Under the pieces are notes generated by a model. The model saw nothing but the letters and a program-made list of their open reading frames with translations. It was not told the origin of the DNA and searched no databases. Positions 21,901 through 31,624 of a stretch of 64,000 nt of DNA are shown piece by piece. Source of the stretch: Rebecca billardiae RCC1528 (taxonomy: Eukaryota; Protista; Haptophyta); contig OZ251251.1 in NCBI GenBank assembly GCA_965240325.2, forward strand, positions 434,001 through 498,000, in the 5' to 3' direction. A program made the position numbers and the translations under genes. Every line of letters begins with the position of its first letter. The stretch's first letter is position 1.

Positions 21901-22521
21901 GGGCGCGTGCTCGGCCGCCCCGTCCGGCGACGAGTCCGGGGCCGCCCCGCCGGACAGGAACAGCAGGACTGCATCCGGGTGGGGCGCGCTCATGCGCAGC
22001 CGCACGAGCTGCTCGCACGCGTCCTCGCCCTCGTCGGCGTGGACGAGGACGTCGCACGTGGTCGCGTGCGCGTGCCAGCGCGCCGCGCACCGGTCCTCCA
22101 TCCGCGCCACCACGGTGATCAGCACCGCGTCCACCGCCGCCGCCTGCGCGCGGCACTCGTAGCCCGGACCGAGCGCCGACTGCATGCTGACGTTCATCAG
22201 CTCGGCGCCGGCGGGGAGCAGGAGCTCGCGTGCCGTCTCGGCGGCGCGCGAGCCGGACATGCACACGTGGTACGGCTCGTCCCCCCAGCCCGCGCGGCGC
22301 GCGCGCACGTGCTCGCTGAACGCCTCCGCGTCCACGGCGATCGGCAGCTCAGACACGAGGCCGGGCGCGGAGGGTGCCGCGCGGCTGCTCGCGCGGTGGG
22401 CCGGGCGCTGCGGCGCGGCCGCGCGGTGGGCGGCGTGGTCGACGACGAGGAGGAGGAGGGCGGTCGTCGCGAAGCCCGCGCCCAGGGCGCACAGCTTGCG
22501 CACGCCGCCGAGCGGGAGCAT
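18994..22521 (-). CDS. N-terminally membrane-anchored protein with a C-terminal degenerate actin-like domain (about 20745-18994); probable in-frame intron 19287-19153
   Basis: Hydrophobic N-terminus LGAGFATTALLLLVV. Actin-collinear motifs: MAAGFGGEGAPRVVL, VLLLEPP, AALALQHGGHSTGVLLAVGERGAWAVPVVEG, IAGCDRAVRGALYRGVVVSG and AWRGGSMLTTLGAFSPLWVSRAEWED. Confidence 0.7.
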   Translation of the reverse strand: MLPLGGVRKLCALGAGFATTALLLLVVDHAAHRAAAPQRPAHRASSRAAPSAPGLVSELPIAVDAEAFSEHVRARRAGWGDEPYHVCMSGSRAAETARELLLPAGAELMNVSMQSALGPGYECRAQAAAVDAVLITVVARMEDRCAARWHAHATTCDVLVHADEGEDACEQLVRLRMSAPHPDAVLLFLSGGAAPDSSPDGAAEHAPSPPNATAALLQCYEARMGKDALRRHPRLRTPRQFWADAQLGLELRAAIERARDAFAQRYARARAPGGAAHDGAGARAVHRQRGRYDGRYDDPVALRAALLGARGADAGAAARVADLRFDLVQIAISSADDEIASSSATGGDEVDAAEAAHAAALARADGPDAQSAARRAPSPGGEKHAAEPEARDRDLDELARDSPPRPPPPSALERARAPLRALLATLRPRRGRGQEGAWRAHGGGGAHSGGGAHGGGHGGERGPLEARGLAHRAHRAHGPHHHRRAHRSGGALGLPSARARGGAPPNNDTARARARADANGHPHGLGPVSAVSARARARGAEGRAPARPRSVDGARGTADSAAAAAGDGAAHSQPRRQRRRLIGGRAPGARGALPPIVLQLEEDGTMAAGFGGEGAPRVVLRAPPRPALGDRRPLAAGARARSGVARAPRPRGRMRARPRPAPVLPASLRGAARALTSAAAPSATLRPPRAPRAGADAPALGPEWPGLAAAAARALRHPALGLARGSPAPGAAARAVLLLEPPGSAALARGAAVGELLRGARVRAAHVASAAALALQHGGHSTGVLLAVGERGAWAVPVVEGLPLAGRARGAHRLGLAHVRGRLGGALDAAGVAWLRRELRRLRARAARNGTAAPGAHAGAERSSAAKQAEAAAAAAGAVAGAAAEAEAGLAGLLRAALAHGLCAVRPRAPEGGGSAEPRANLTSATADNATAVAGATDDAPPMPASVRRACWHGSDALFSRTFAETRTGLDRADGPAAADGGGADAEGARAPNATALDCDAEAARCSLPELVRAAIAGCDRAVRGALYRGVVVSGPGARLRGLGARLESELRGAAPRHRRHAHGHGRVQSPDEPGAPMVSARASPSPRTPPAPRALPAARPLLIRRRAPRHIVGASACVPSVQQPPAVSTSHPHGAWRGGSMLTTLGAFSPLWVSRAEWEDERTRARALRRTMLL

Positions 22522-22959
22522 GCTCGAGCCCGTCCGCGCCCGCCGCGTGTTCGCGCGCTGATCAAATCGCGCAAGGGATCAAATGAGCAGGGCGGAAAAG
22601 AGGCGGGGCCTCGCATGCGTGATCTCCGGCCGAGATCCTACGGCCAGAGATCCCTGCCAATCCGTTGTCAGAACTGCGCCATACAAACCGCCGAATATTA
22701 TTGTCGACAATGACAGCGAAGGCCGTGCTGGCATGATGAATAGGATCGGAGAATCCTCGATCTGAGCAGTGAGATCCTCGTCGATACTTTACATACTAAT
22801 CTAGTAATCTTCACCCAATTCCTCGCCCGGCTGGGCTCGTCCGTCATCATAAAGTAGTGCCCAGCGCTCGCGCGTTGCGCGCCCGCCGGCCGTCGAGAGA
22901 GCGCCCTCCGAGAGTGGGCCCTCCTCGACGCGACGCCCTCGCGCGCGCGTCGACGCACA

Positions 22960-23200
22960 TCACTCCATGCCCATCAGCCCGGCGAGCTCGCCGATCTCGC
23001 GCTTCTTCGCCTGCTCGGCCGCCCAGCGCTTCTCGAGCTTCTCGACGCGGTCGCCCCACTTGGGGTGGTAGATGCGCCGGCCGCAGCCGGGGTGCTCGCA
23101 GTACCGCACGAAGGGCGGCGAGGTGAGCGCCGTCTCGAGGCAGCCGTGGTGGAACCAGTGGCCGCAGTAGACTCGCTCGATCTGGTCGGCACTCGGCTCA

Positions 23201-23239
<39 letters not shown>

Positions 23240-24303
23240 AGCGCGGCCGCCTGCTCCGCCGGCTCGGCGGGCAGCACGGCGCGGCGGCACAGCGGGCATG
23301 GCTGGACGGGCAGCGTGCGCACGGTCTTCTGCACGGCGTAGCGCACCGTCGCGAGCACGGACGGCAGCGGCACCCGCTCGCCCGCGCCCGCCGCGCCGCC
23401 GCCGCCGCCGCCCGCCGCCGCCAGCCTCTTCTCGCGCGCCTCCGCCTCCGCCTGCTGCTGCTGCATCGTCTTGCGCTCGGCGTGCTCGACGTGCCGCCGG
23501 AGCTTGCGCTCGTCGTGCCCGCGCACCTGCGCCACCTGGTGCAAGAACTCGCGGTCGTGCTGCAGCTGCTTCAGCCCCTTCGACGAGAGGTCGGGCGGCG
23601 GCTCGCCCTTGCGCCCGCCCTTGCCGGGCGGCGGCGCGCCCAGTTGCGAGAGCGCCGCGTCCGCGGGGTAGCCATCGTGCATGCGGCGGACGATCTCGCG
23701 CAGGTTGTTGCTCGCGACGCTGACGATCCGCGGGTCGAAGTTCGTCTCGCCCACCGCCACCTCGGGCGCCGAGTCCGGGTACGAGTCCGGGAGCGTGAGC
23801 TGGAGGGTGAGGTAGTACGCGCCCTGCTGCGCGCGCACCGTGACGCGGCCCGACTTCTCGGCGAGCTTGATCCAGTTGTGCTTGGCGAACTCGGCGGGGT
23901 CCGCGCCGTCGGGCACCTCACTCACCAGCGCGCGCGCCTGCTGCAGCTCGTCCCACGCCGCCAGCAGCCGGTTGCCATCGAGCGCCCGGAGCAGCACGGA
24001 CACGACCGGGACGAGGTGCGTCCGCCCCTCGTGCGCGCGCGCCTCCTTCTCGCACGCGGCCTCGAGCTTGGCGAGCAGCGAGTCGGGGAGGGTGGACGAG
24101 CTCAGCTGCACCGCGAGCACGTCGCCCGACGGGTACGCCGGCGGGATGTTCACGACCGCCGTGAGCCGCTTCACGCGCGTGCGCACGATCTGCAGCCGCA
24201 CCATGTGCGCGACGCACGACTCGATCCACTCGGGCTGGACGGAGGCGCGGAGCTCGGCGAGCTCGGCCTCGCGCGCCGCCGCGTCGTCGCCGCCCGGCGC
24301 CAT
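22960..24303 (-). CDS. RWD/UBC-fold plus RING-H2-like protein (putative E3 ligase)
   Basis: Two RWD-like YP motifs (NIPPAYP, TLPDSYPDSAP) and a C-terminal CPLC...CGHWFHHGC...CEHPGC. Confidence 0.75.
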
Positions 24304-24617
24304 CCGTGCGTGTGCCCGGCGGCGACGACGATCAAGTTCCTTTGAGGTGGTGCTGGGTCGTCGGGCTCTGGACGCCCGCCGCGCTGCTGCGCCGCCTGAG
24401 GAGCCAAGCTAAAAGCTCATCAATGGCGCCCTTCCGGTTCAGCAGTTCAGGTGCAGTTGTCCGGGCCGCCCGGTCGACCGGTGGGCGGTGGCCACTTGGG
24501 TGCACTGGCCAGCCAGAGCCTGTGAGCCGGTGCTGCGCCGGCCCGAAGGTGCCGGATTACTATTGACGGAGATTCTGGCGCCAAAGCGGCCATCGTTGCT
24601 TCCCGACTGCACGGGAC

Positions 24618-25886
24618 ATGATGCTCGCGTGCCGCCGCCTCGGCACCCCGGCTGGCGGCATGGCGCGGCCCGCGTTCGGGCGTGGGCGCGCGCTCGCGCC
24701 GCTCGTCGTGCGCCGCTCGTTTGCCACGGTCGTGCCGCCCACGCCGTCCGCCGTGCAGCAGCCCGTCGCGAGCGCGGCTTCGGCCGCGGGCGCGGCCGTG
24801 GCGGCGCCGCCCGCCGCCGCGGCTGTGCCTCGCGCGGTGGGCTGGTGGCTGCTCGGCTGCAGCGCGAGCGTGTTTGGCATGGTGGTGCTCGGCGGGTACA
24901 CGCGCCTCACGCGCTCCGGCCTCTCCATGGTCGACTGGCGGCCGCAGGGCTCGGCGCTCCCGTCGGACGAAAGCGCATGGCAGGCCGAGTTTGAACGGTA
25001 CAAGGCCTTCCCCGAGTACCAGCGCACGAACCGGGACATGGACCTGGAGGGGTTCAAGCAGATCTACTTCGTCGAGTGGGCGCACCGCATGGCCGGCCGC
25101 GCGATCGGCGTGCTCTTCGCGCTGCCCCTCGCGGGCTTCGCCGCGGCGGGCATGGTGCCGCTCGCACTCGCGCCCAGGCTCGGCTGCGCGTTTGCGCTTG
25201 GCGGCGCGCAGGGGCTGATTGGCTGGTGGATGGTGCGCTCGGGGCTGGAGGAGCCGCCCGCCGACCTGGACGGTGTGCCGCGCGTGAGCCCGTACCGCCT
25301 CGCCACGCACCTCGCCATGGCGTTCACCATCTACTCGCTGCTGCTCTCCACCGCGCTCACCGTCCTGTGGCCGGCGCCGCTCGGCGGCGCGCCGGGCGGC
25401 GCGCGCGCGCTCGGCGCGGCGCGCGCGCTGCGCGGGCCCGCGCACGCGCTCGCCGGGCTGATCGCGATCACCGCGCTCTCGGGCGCGTTCGTCGCCGGGA
25501 TGGGCGCGGGCTACGCGTACAACACCTTCCCGCTCATGGAGGGCAAATGGGTACCGGACGGGTACTGGCGGATCGAGCCGGCGTGGCGGAACCTCTTTGA
25601 GAACATTCCCGCCGTGCAGTTCGACCACCGCGCGCTCGCGATGAGCACGCTGGGCGGGACCGTGGCGCTGTGGGCGTACGCGCGCACGCTGCCGCTGCCG
25701 CGCCCCGTCCGCCTCGCCACGCACGGCGTCCTCGCCGTCACGTGCGCTCAGGCCTCCCTCGGCATCTGGACGCTGCTCGCTGCTGTGCCGGTCGAGCTGG
25801 GGACGGCGCACCAGGCGGGCGCGCTCACGCTCTTCTCGGCCGCGCTCGTGCTGCTGCACACGCTGCGCAAGCTGCCGCGCTGCTGA
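24618..25886 (+). CDS. COX15: Heme A synthase (cytochrome c oxidase assembly protein)
   Basis: Motifs VLGGYTRLTRSGLSMVDW, EFERYKAFPEY, FKQIYFVEWAHR, QGLIGWWMVRSGL, PRVSPYRLATHL, SGAFVAG, YNTFPLM, VQFDHR and HQAG. The Arg-rich N-terminus resembles a mitochondrial presequence. Confidence 0.96.
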   Translation: MMLACRRLGTPAGGMARPAFGRGRALAPLVVRRSFATVVPPTPSAVQQPVASAASAAGAAVAAPPAAAAVPRAVGWWLLGCSASVFGMVVLGGYTRLTRSGLSMVDWRPQGSALPSDESAWQAEFERYKAFPEYQRTNRDMDLEGFKQIYFVEWAHRMAGRAIGVLFALPLAGFAAAGMVPLALAPRLGCAFALGGAQGLIGWWMVRSGLEEPPADLDGVPRVSPYRLATHLAMAFTIYSLLLSTALTVLWPAPLGGAPGGARALGAARALRGPAHALAGLIAITALSGAFVAGMGAGYAYNTFPLMEGKWVPDGYWRIEPAWRNLFENIPAVQFDHRALAMSTLGGTVALWAYARTLPLPRPVRLATHGVLAVTCAQASLGIWTLLAAVPVELGTAHQAGALTLFSAALVLLHTLRKLPRC

Positions 25887-26291
25887 GCCCGCCGGGCCCC
25901 GCGGTCGCCGCGGCGCACGCCGCTGCACGCACGCCGTGGGCGCGCCGGGCCGCGTGCGGCCCGTTGGCGTTGGCGTCGATGCGTCCGCTCATGCGCGCTC
26001 GTTTGGCCGCCGTGTCGTGAGCTCTGCCGCTGCCTGCCAATGCGAGCGCTGCTCAGTGCTGGCTGCTCGGCGGGCGTCTATGGCAGCGGTTCCGTTCGTG
26101 CTCAGCCGTCTGGTTGAGCACATCATAATACGCATCATCACCATTTGATGCATGCATCAAAGTACGGTACGCTAAAGACCATACGTATGTATACGGTACG
26201 GGTATGGCGCGATACGTTTAAAGCCGGCAGTACTTGAGAGCTGTAGAGTGTAGTTGGCGACCAATCTCGGCATTCGTGCCGCGACGAGGTG

Positions 26292-27161
26292 ATGAAGGTC
26301 GCCGTCACGACGGCGAGCGGCCAGCTTGGCGGCGCGATCATCCGCGCCCTCGTGGAGAGCATCGGCGCGGAGAACGTCGTCGGCGTCGCTCGCTCCCCTG
26401 AAAAGGTGAGCCTTGGCGTCGAGGTGCGGCCCGGCGAGTACAGCTCGTCGGAGCAGCTCACGGCCGCCTTCCAGGGCGTGGACACCGTCATCGTGGTCTC
26501 GCTGGCCGGCGACCCGACCAAGCGGCCGCCGCTCCACCGCACCGTCTTCGCTGCCGCCAAAGCCGCCGGGGCGCGCAAGTGCGTGTACACCTCCGTCCAG
26601 GGCCCGGTCAGCGGCGCGAGCTTTGACGCTGTCGTCAACTCCAACCGCGAGACCGAGGAGGACCTCAAGGCGTCTGGGCTCGAGTGGGTGATCGGCCGGA
26701 ACGGCATCTACATCGAGCCCGATGTCGAGTACATTGAGACGTACAAGAAGCTCGGCGAGGTTGCCAACTGCGCTGCCGATGGCAAGTGTGGGTACACGAC
26801 CAGATCCGAGCTCGCACATGCGTACGCACGCGTCGCTGTGACTGACGCGTGCAACGGGCACACCTTCAATCTGAGCGGGCCAGCGCTGACGCAGACCGAG
26901 CTCGTGTCGCACTTGAACGCCGCCTTCGGCACGAGCCTCGTCTTCCGAAACATGACCCACGAGGAGTACCTCAAGGACCGGCAGGCCGAGCTCGGCGAGT
27001 TCATGGGCACAGTGATCGCCGGCATCTACGACGGCATCCGGCAGGGCGCGTTCGCGGAGCCGTCGCAGTTCGAGGAGGCGGCCGGGCGGGCGCACGTGTC
27101 CTGGGAGGCCTACTTTGAGGCCTGCAAGCAGGCCCGCGGGCAGCAGAGCACTGCCGCTTGA
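26292..27161 (+). CDS. NAD(P)-binding atypical SDR / NmrA-like oxidoreductase (QorB/YtfG-like), intronless
   Basis: MKVAVTTASGQLG Rossmann motif, ARSPEK, FQGVD, VYTS and TEEDLKASGLEWVIGRNGIY. Confidence 0.88.
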   Translation: MKVAVTTASGQLGGAIIRALVESIGAENVVGVARSPEKVSLGVEVRPGEYSSSEQLTAAFQGVDTVIVVSLAGDPTKRPPLHRTVFAAAKAAGARKCVYTSVQGPVSGASFDAVVNSNRETEEDLKASGLEWVIGRNGIYIEPDVEYIETYKKLGEVANCAADGKCGYTTRSELAHAYARVAVTDACNGHTFNLSGPALTQTELVSHLNAAFGTSLVFRNMTHEEYLKDRQAELGEFMGTVIAGIYDGIRQGAFAEPSQFEEAAGRAHVSWEAYFEACKQARGQQSTAA

Positions 27162-27805
27162 CGGAGTCGCTCCGTGTGTCCATTCCGCGTTCCGCTCGTC
27201 CGGCGGCGGCTCTGGGCAGAATGCCGGCTCATCATCCGCGACTCACTCATCACTCTGCACTCATTCTCATGTCGAATCCGAGGCCCACGGTCAGACTCAG
27301 GCGGACTCAGCCGAGTGACTCAGTGACGATGGCCTCAGCCGTCAGCGGGGACTGTCAGACTGTGGTGTGTCGTGGGCGAGTGACATCGCAGTGGCGTGCC
27401 GCGAGCAGGCTCTCCCGCTCGGAGTCCGTGCATACATGACTCAGACGAGACGGTCCGTGCGGCGACCGTGGGCGTGGCGGCTAGACGCTAGGTGAAGGAG
27501 TCGCTAGTGCTGACCGGCGGGCCGAGCGCGGGCCGGGCGGCCTCCCGCCAACCGCGAAGCCCGCAGATCGAGCCTGCGCGCTTAGGACACGCGTCGTGCC
27601 CCAATGCGCAATAGCAGGGGCACTTTGAGCGCTGCGAGTGACAGTGAGCTTCGCGACCGTCGTTGAGTCGCGCGGTCACAGAGATACCGAAAAATAAGTC
27701 AGATCGGCGTTAGTGGGCCCGTGACGATTCGCCGCGGACGGTCGGCGCCGCCCGGCCCGCTGCGCATTCAATCATAAGGCGCCGGCGGATGATGCATGCA
27801 ACCTG

Positions 27806-28303
27806 CTACTCCGCGCCCTTTGGCACGCGGCCATTCACCCCGCCGCCCGAAACTGGCGGCGGCGGCGGCGTGCCACGCGTCGACGTGCCGCGCGGCGGAT
27901 CCTCGTGCCGCCGCGAGCCTCGTGCCGCGACAATGTAGAGCGCAAGTGCCAGAACGGAAATGCCCACCACGAGAAACGCCTCCAGGGCACGGCCTGGCTC
28001 GTCCATGAGCTGCTGGAAGGGCGTGCGCTGGCGCACCTGCGACGGGTCGATGAACTCGGCGTGCAGGGCCCCTTCCCACTCGGCCGCGGGCTGCGAGCTC
28101 ACGGCGGCACCGGCCGAGTGTTGACCAGCGGCGTCGTAGCCTTGTGAGCGGAGCATCGCCTCCCAGCGCTCATCTTCTGTGCTGCCGTCGTTAGCAATTG
28201 CCGGCCCGCCCTGACATGCGCCGCCCGGTTGCGCCGCGCAGTGCTGCGCCGCAGCCGCTAGCAAGCCGACCGCCAGCCGGAGGCCGGCAGACATCGTCGT
28301 CAT
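27806..28303 (-). CDS. Hypothetical single-pass membrane protein with signal peptide
   Basis: Signal-like MSAGLRLAVGLLAAAAQHCAA, TM segment FLVVGISVLALALYIVAA and coding-like composition. Confidence 0.55.
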   Translation of the reverse strand: MTTMSAGLRLAVGLLAAAAQHCAAQPGGACQGGPAIANDGSTEDERWEAMLRSQGYDAAGQHSAGAAVSSQPAAEWEGALHAEFIDPSQVRQRTPFQQLMDEPGRALEAFLVVGISVLALALYIVAARGSRRHEDPPRGTSTRGTPPPPPVSGGGVNGRVPKGAE

Positions 28304-28420
28304 CGATCATCAAGCGGCAGCAAGCCAACTACAGTAGCCAAGCTCCGAAAGCCCAGCTGCCGAGACAGCCGAGTGCGCCGTGTTTCGCAGCCGAATCCAG
28401 CAGGTGCCGCGCGAATCACG

Positions 28421-28960
28421 ATGGCGGCTGCTATACGGGCGCAGCTGTCATCCTTGGCGCATCATTGGCCGAAATGGCGGGAATCGAAGCGCGCTCTGGT
28501 GTGCACGGCCGTGGCGATCGTGGCCGGCGCGGTGCCACTTGCGTGCTCCTCGCCGTACCGCACGCTGTACACGACGCCGACCGCATTCTGCCTCGCTGCC
28601 GCGCTCGTCGGCGCCATCGGCGGCCGGCTGAGCAGTGCGCGAGTGCTCGCAGCCTTTGTCGCCTGCGCGCTCACGCTCGCGGTGGTTCATCTGCACTTCT
28701 TCGCACGCACCGTCCACGACGCGCGCTACGGCCCCGATCTCCGCAGACGCTGCGCTGACGCTCCAGAGCCGAGCTGCAGCGCACGACTGGCGCTCGCTGA
28801 GGGCGCGATCGCGGCGCGTGTGGCAGTGTGCTGCACGCTCGGCCTGGTTGTCATGCTGTGGTTCGGTGCGGCGCATTTTGGGCGCCTGCTCCGCGCGAGG
28901 CTGATCGGCGTCGCCGTCGTCGAGCGCCACGCGCAGTACGTCGAGATGATGATGCTTTAA
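28421..28960 (+). CDS. Hypothetical multi-pass membrane protein
   Basis: ATG at 28421 to TAA at 28960, with about 4 hydrophobic segments. It is divergent from the previous gene across about 120 bp. Confidence 0.55.
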   Translation: MAAAIRAQLSSLAHHWPKWRESKRALVCTAVAIVAGAVPLACSSPYRTLYTTPTAFCLAAALVGAIGGRLSSARVLAAFVACALTLAVVHLHFFARTVHDARYGPDLRRRCADAPEPSCSARLALAEGAIAARVAVCCTLGLVVMLWFGAAHFGRLLRARLIGVAVVERHAQYVEMMML

Positions 28961-29320
28961 TAGCCGACGAGCCCAGAGCAGCCAGACGGCTGCCCCGGGC
29001 GTCCATCAGACACTACTCCATCAGATGAGATCAGAGGCGGGCAAAATATGTCGTCGTCGCAAACACATGCATGTCTGAAATGATCCAGCCCGAAATCAGC
29101 TCTAAACACTCGCTAGGGCCCGCGCTCGTGGCGGGCCGTCAGTCTGCAGTCAGTAACGGCTAACGCCACCGAGTCGGCCACTTTGGCGGTCTTTGGCCCC
29201 CGCCCTATCAGCAATCGGCGCGCCGGCCATCGATGCACTGATCGATCCCGCCAGCAGTAGCCAGTAGGCCGGGCCCGGCCTCGGATCCGAACTCAAGCCT
29301 CAGTCAGTGAGTCAACTCTG

Positions 29321-30082
29321 TCAAGCCCCATCCGCGCCGCGCCAGTCCAGCACACAGACGGTCAGAGAGAGTGTCTTCTGGGAGGGCGAATACTTGGCGG
29401 TGAGCGCGCGCTCGGTGCGGAGGACACCCAGCCGGTCGTTGATGCCATACCGGCCGCCGCTCCCCCGGATAGGCGGCATGCCCTTGAAGAAGTCCACGGG
29501 CATCATCTGCACGGAGTACCAGCCGCCCTTCTTGACGAGGGTCTTGAGCTCGGGGTCTGCGCCACGGCCGACGAGCTCGGCGAAGTGGCGCTGCACCACG
29601 CGCTCGATGCGCACCGTGAGCAGCTTGCCGTTCGGCCCGTCCACAAGGTCCCAGTCGCACAGCTTGCGGCACCGCTGATGCGCTTCCTTGAGGATCGCCT
29701 GGATCGTGGCCTGGTCTTCGGCCGTCAGCGGCGCGGGCGCGGGCGGGGGCGCTACTGCGATCTTCTTGCTCGCTGGCGCCGAGCCGTCGGCGACGCCCCC
29801 GCCAAACAGAGCCTTCTCGTGGGCTTTTGCGTCCTCCTCGCGGGCCCGCTTCTTCTTCTCCCGTGCCAAGCGCGCCTCCACCTTGGCCGCGAGGCCCTCC
29901 TCGCCAAACTTGGCGATCGCCGCGCGCTGAACGTCCTTGCGCAAGTATATGCGCGAGTTCCCGGCGCCGAAGCCTCCGACGCGGCTGTAGGGAAGTGCCT
30001 GCAGGTCGGTAGGCGTCAGGAAGAACTCGTGCTTGGCGTCAGCCGCGGCGAGTTCGAACGCGTTCGACCAGATCGACTTCAT
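29321..30082 (-). CDS. XPA C-terminal-like domain protein
   Basis: ADAKHEFFLTPTDL...SRIYLRKDVQRAAIAKFGEEGL followed by a charged helix resembles the XPA_C pattern (AKxxYLLxxxDL...LYLxxxVxxxAxxxWG). No XPA Zn finger. Confidence 0.6.
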   Translation of the reverse strand: MKSIWSNAFELAAADAKHEFFLTPTDLQALPYSRVGGFGAGNSRIYLRKDVQRAAIAKFGEEGLAAKVEARLAREKKKRAREEDAKAHEKALFGGGVADGSAPASKKIAVAPPPAPAPLTAEDQATIQAILKEAHQRCRKLCDWDLVDGPNGKLLTVRIERVVQRHFAELVGRGADPELKTLVKKGGWYSVQMMPVDFFKGMPPIRGSGGRYGINDRLGVLRTERALTAKYSPSQKTLSLTVCVLDWRGADGA

Positions 30083-30343
30083 GGGGACGGTGTCCGTGCG
30101 CGGGCTTTTTGAAGGAGCGGCCAACAGCGCCAACTGGCTCGAGCTCCCCAGCCCGGCACGGGGCGGCCCCGCTGGCCCGGGCTAAAAAAACCCGGATCTC
30201 ATCAAGAGGGAGTCCGGGACGTGGTGTCGAATCTCAATACCGTTCAATTCCAATTCCGTCTTGCCAGCCGGATGACACTCCGCCAGTGGCAGTGCAGATC
30301 TGGCGGATCAAAAGCCGATATCCAATCTCCGCTGATGCAGGCG

Positions 30344-31624
30344 CTACCTGCTCGCCACGAGCCGCCGCGGCACAGAAGCCGCCCTGGGTGCCAGCCTGGC
30401 CGCCCGAGCGCCGGCGGCCCACGCGTCGCCGCCCGGCCCGGGGCCGGGCGGTGCCGGCCGCCTCGGAGCGGAGCGGCATGTCGCGACCGCCCGAGCGCCG
30501 TGCAGCGCCGCCGCGCCGGCCGGCGTGCTGGGCCGCGCATCCGCGGCAGGAGCGGCTGCGCGCGGCGGCCGCCGCGCCCGCTCGCCGCCGCCGCCGCCGC
30601 GCGCCGCGTGCTGCGCGCGTGGCGCCTGCGCGGCGCCCGTGGCGCACCGCAGTCGCTCCGTGGCCGCGCGGCCGCGCGCGGCGAGGCGCGCGCGGGAGAC
30701 CGCGGCGTCCGCCGCGCAGTACGCGGCGAGGGCCGGCCACGTGCCCCCGAGGCTCGCCCACTCCGCCGTGCCCAGCGGCGGCGGCGGGTACGGCGCGCTC
30801 GCGCGCGCCAGCGCGCACGCCACGTCGTCCGCAGCCGCGCACGCGCGCTGCAGCCTCGTGCGCGCTCGCGCGTGCGCGCGCGCGCGCGCACTCGCGCGGC
30901 GCTCGTACGCGGCGCGCTCGCGCGGCGCGAGCTGGGACCAGGCGCGGCGGAGCGAGGCGTGAAAGTGCCGCGCCACCTGTCGCTCGATCTCCGCGCGCAC
31001 CGCCTCCCCGTCCGTCGAGCGCTCGGCCAGCCCGCGCCGCACAAGCCTCGGCAGCTCGTCTGACGTGGCGCGCGCCGCAAAGTCGTCCTCGGCGCTGGGC
31101 GGCGGTTGCGGCGGCGCGGCGCGGCGCGCGCCGACGCAGAGGGCACCCACGCTCACCAGCCGCCACGCCGAGATCCCCGGCGCGCGCCGCGACGGCCGTG
31201 CGTGCGAGACGGCGATGGCGGTCGCGGCGGCCGCCGACGCGGCCGTGCGCGTGCGCGGCGAGGCGAGCGCGGCGGGCGGGGTGGAGACGGCGGCGAAGGC
31301 GCGCGCGGCGAGTGCGAGCGCGGCGCCGAGCTGGTGTATCGCGCCCTCGCTCAGCTCGAGCGCGTGCGTCGGCCGCGTGCCGCCGCCGCCCGCGCCGCGC
31401 TCGCGCTCGGCGGCGGCGGCCGCGTGCGCCGCCGCCGCCGCGCGCTCGAGCGCGCCCAGCGCGGGCGCGGCGGCGGCGTCGACGCGCGCCCACACGAGCG
31501 GCGGTGCGCAGCAGGCGGTGCGCCACGCGGTGCACACCTGCGCGCAGCGCTCGAGGTCGTCGAGCTCCACGTGCGCCAGCACGGCGGACAGCACGTCGTC
31601 GTCGTCCGCGAGCCGCGCCGTCAT
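30344..31624 (-). CDS. F-box protein with an HMG-box-like segment
   Basis: N-terminal F-box LADDDDVLSAVLAHVELDDLERCAQVCTAWR. Later PPSAEDDF...LRRAWSQLAPRERAAYERRA resembles an HMG box. The 3' end is uncertain. Confidence 0.6.
   Translation of the reverse strand: MTARLADDDDVLSAVLAHVELDDLERCAQVCTAWRTACCAPPLVWARVDAAAAPALGALERAAAAAHAAAAAERERGAGGGGTRPTHALELSEGAIHQLGAALALAARAFAAVSTPPAALASPRTRTAASAAAATAIAVSHARPSRRAPGISAWRLVSVGALCVGARRAAPPQPPPSAEDDFAARATSDELPRLVRRGLAERSTDGEAVRAEIERQVARHFHASLRRAWSQLAPRERAAYERRASARARAHARARTRLQRACAAADDVACALARASAPYPPPPLGTAEWASLGGTWPALAAYCAADAAVSRARLAARGRAATERLRCATGAAQAPRAQHAARGGGGGERARRPPRAAAPAADARPSTPAGAAALHGARAVATCRSAPRRPAPPGPGPGGDAWAAGARAARLAPRAASVPRRLVASR

Noticed and set aside
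26285-26291. Shine-Dalgarno-like GAGGTG before the SDR gene
   Set aside because: It directly abuts the ATG with no spacer and the context is eukaryotic, so it is probably chance.
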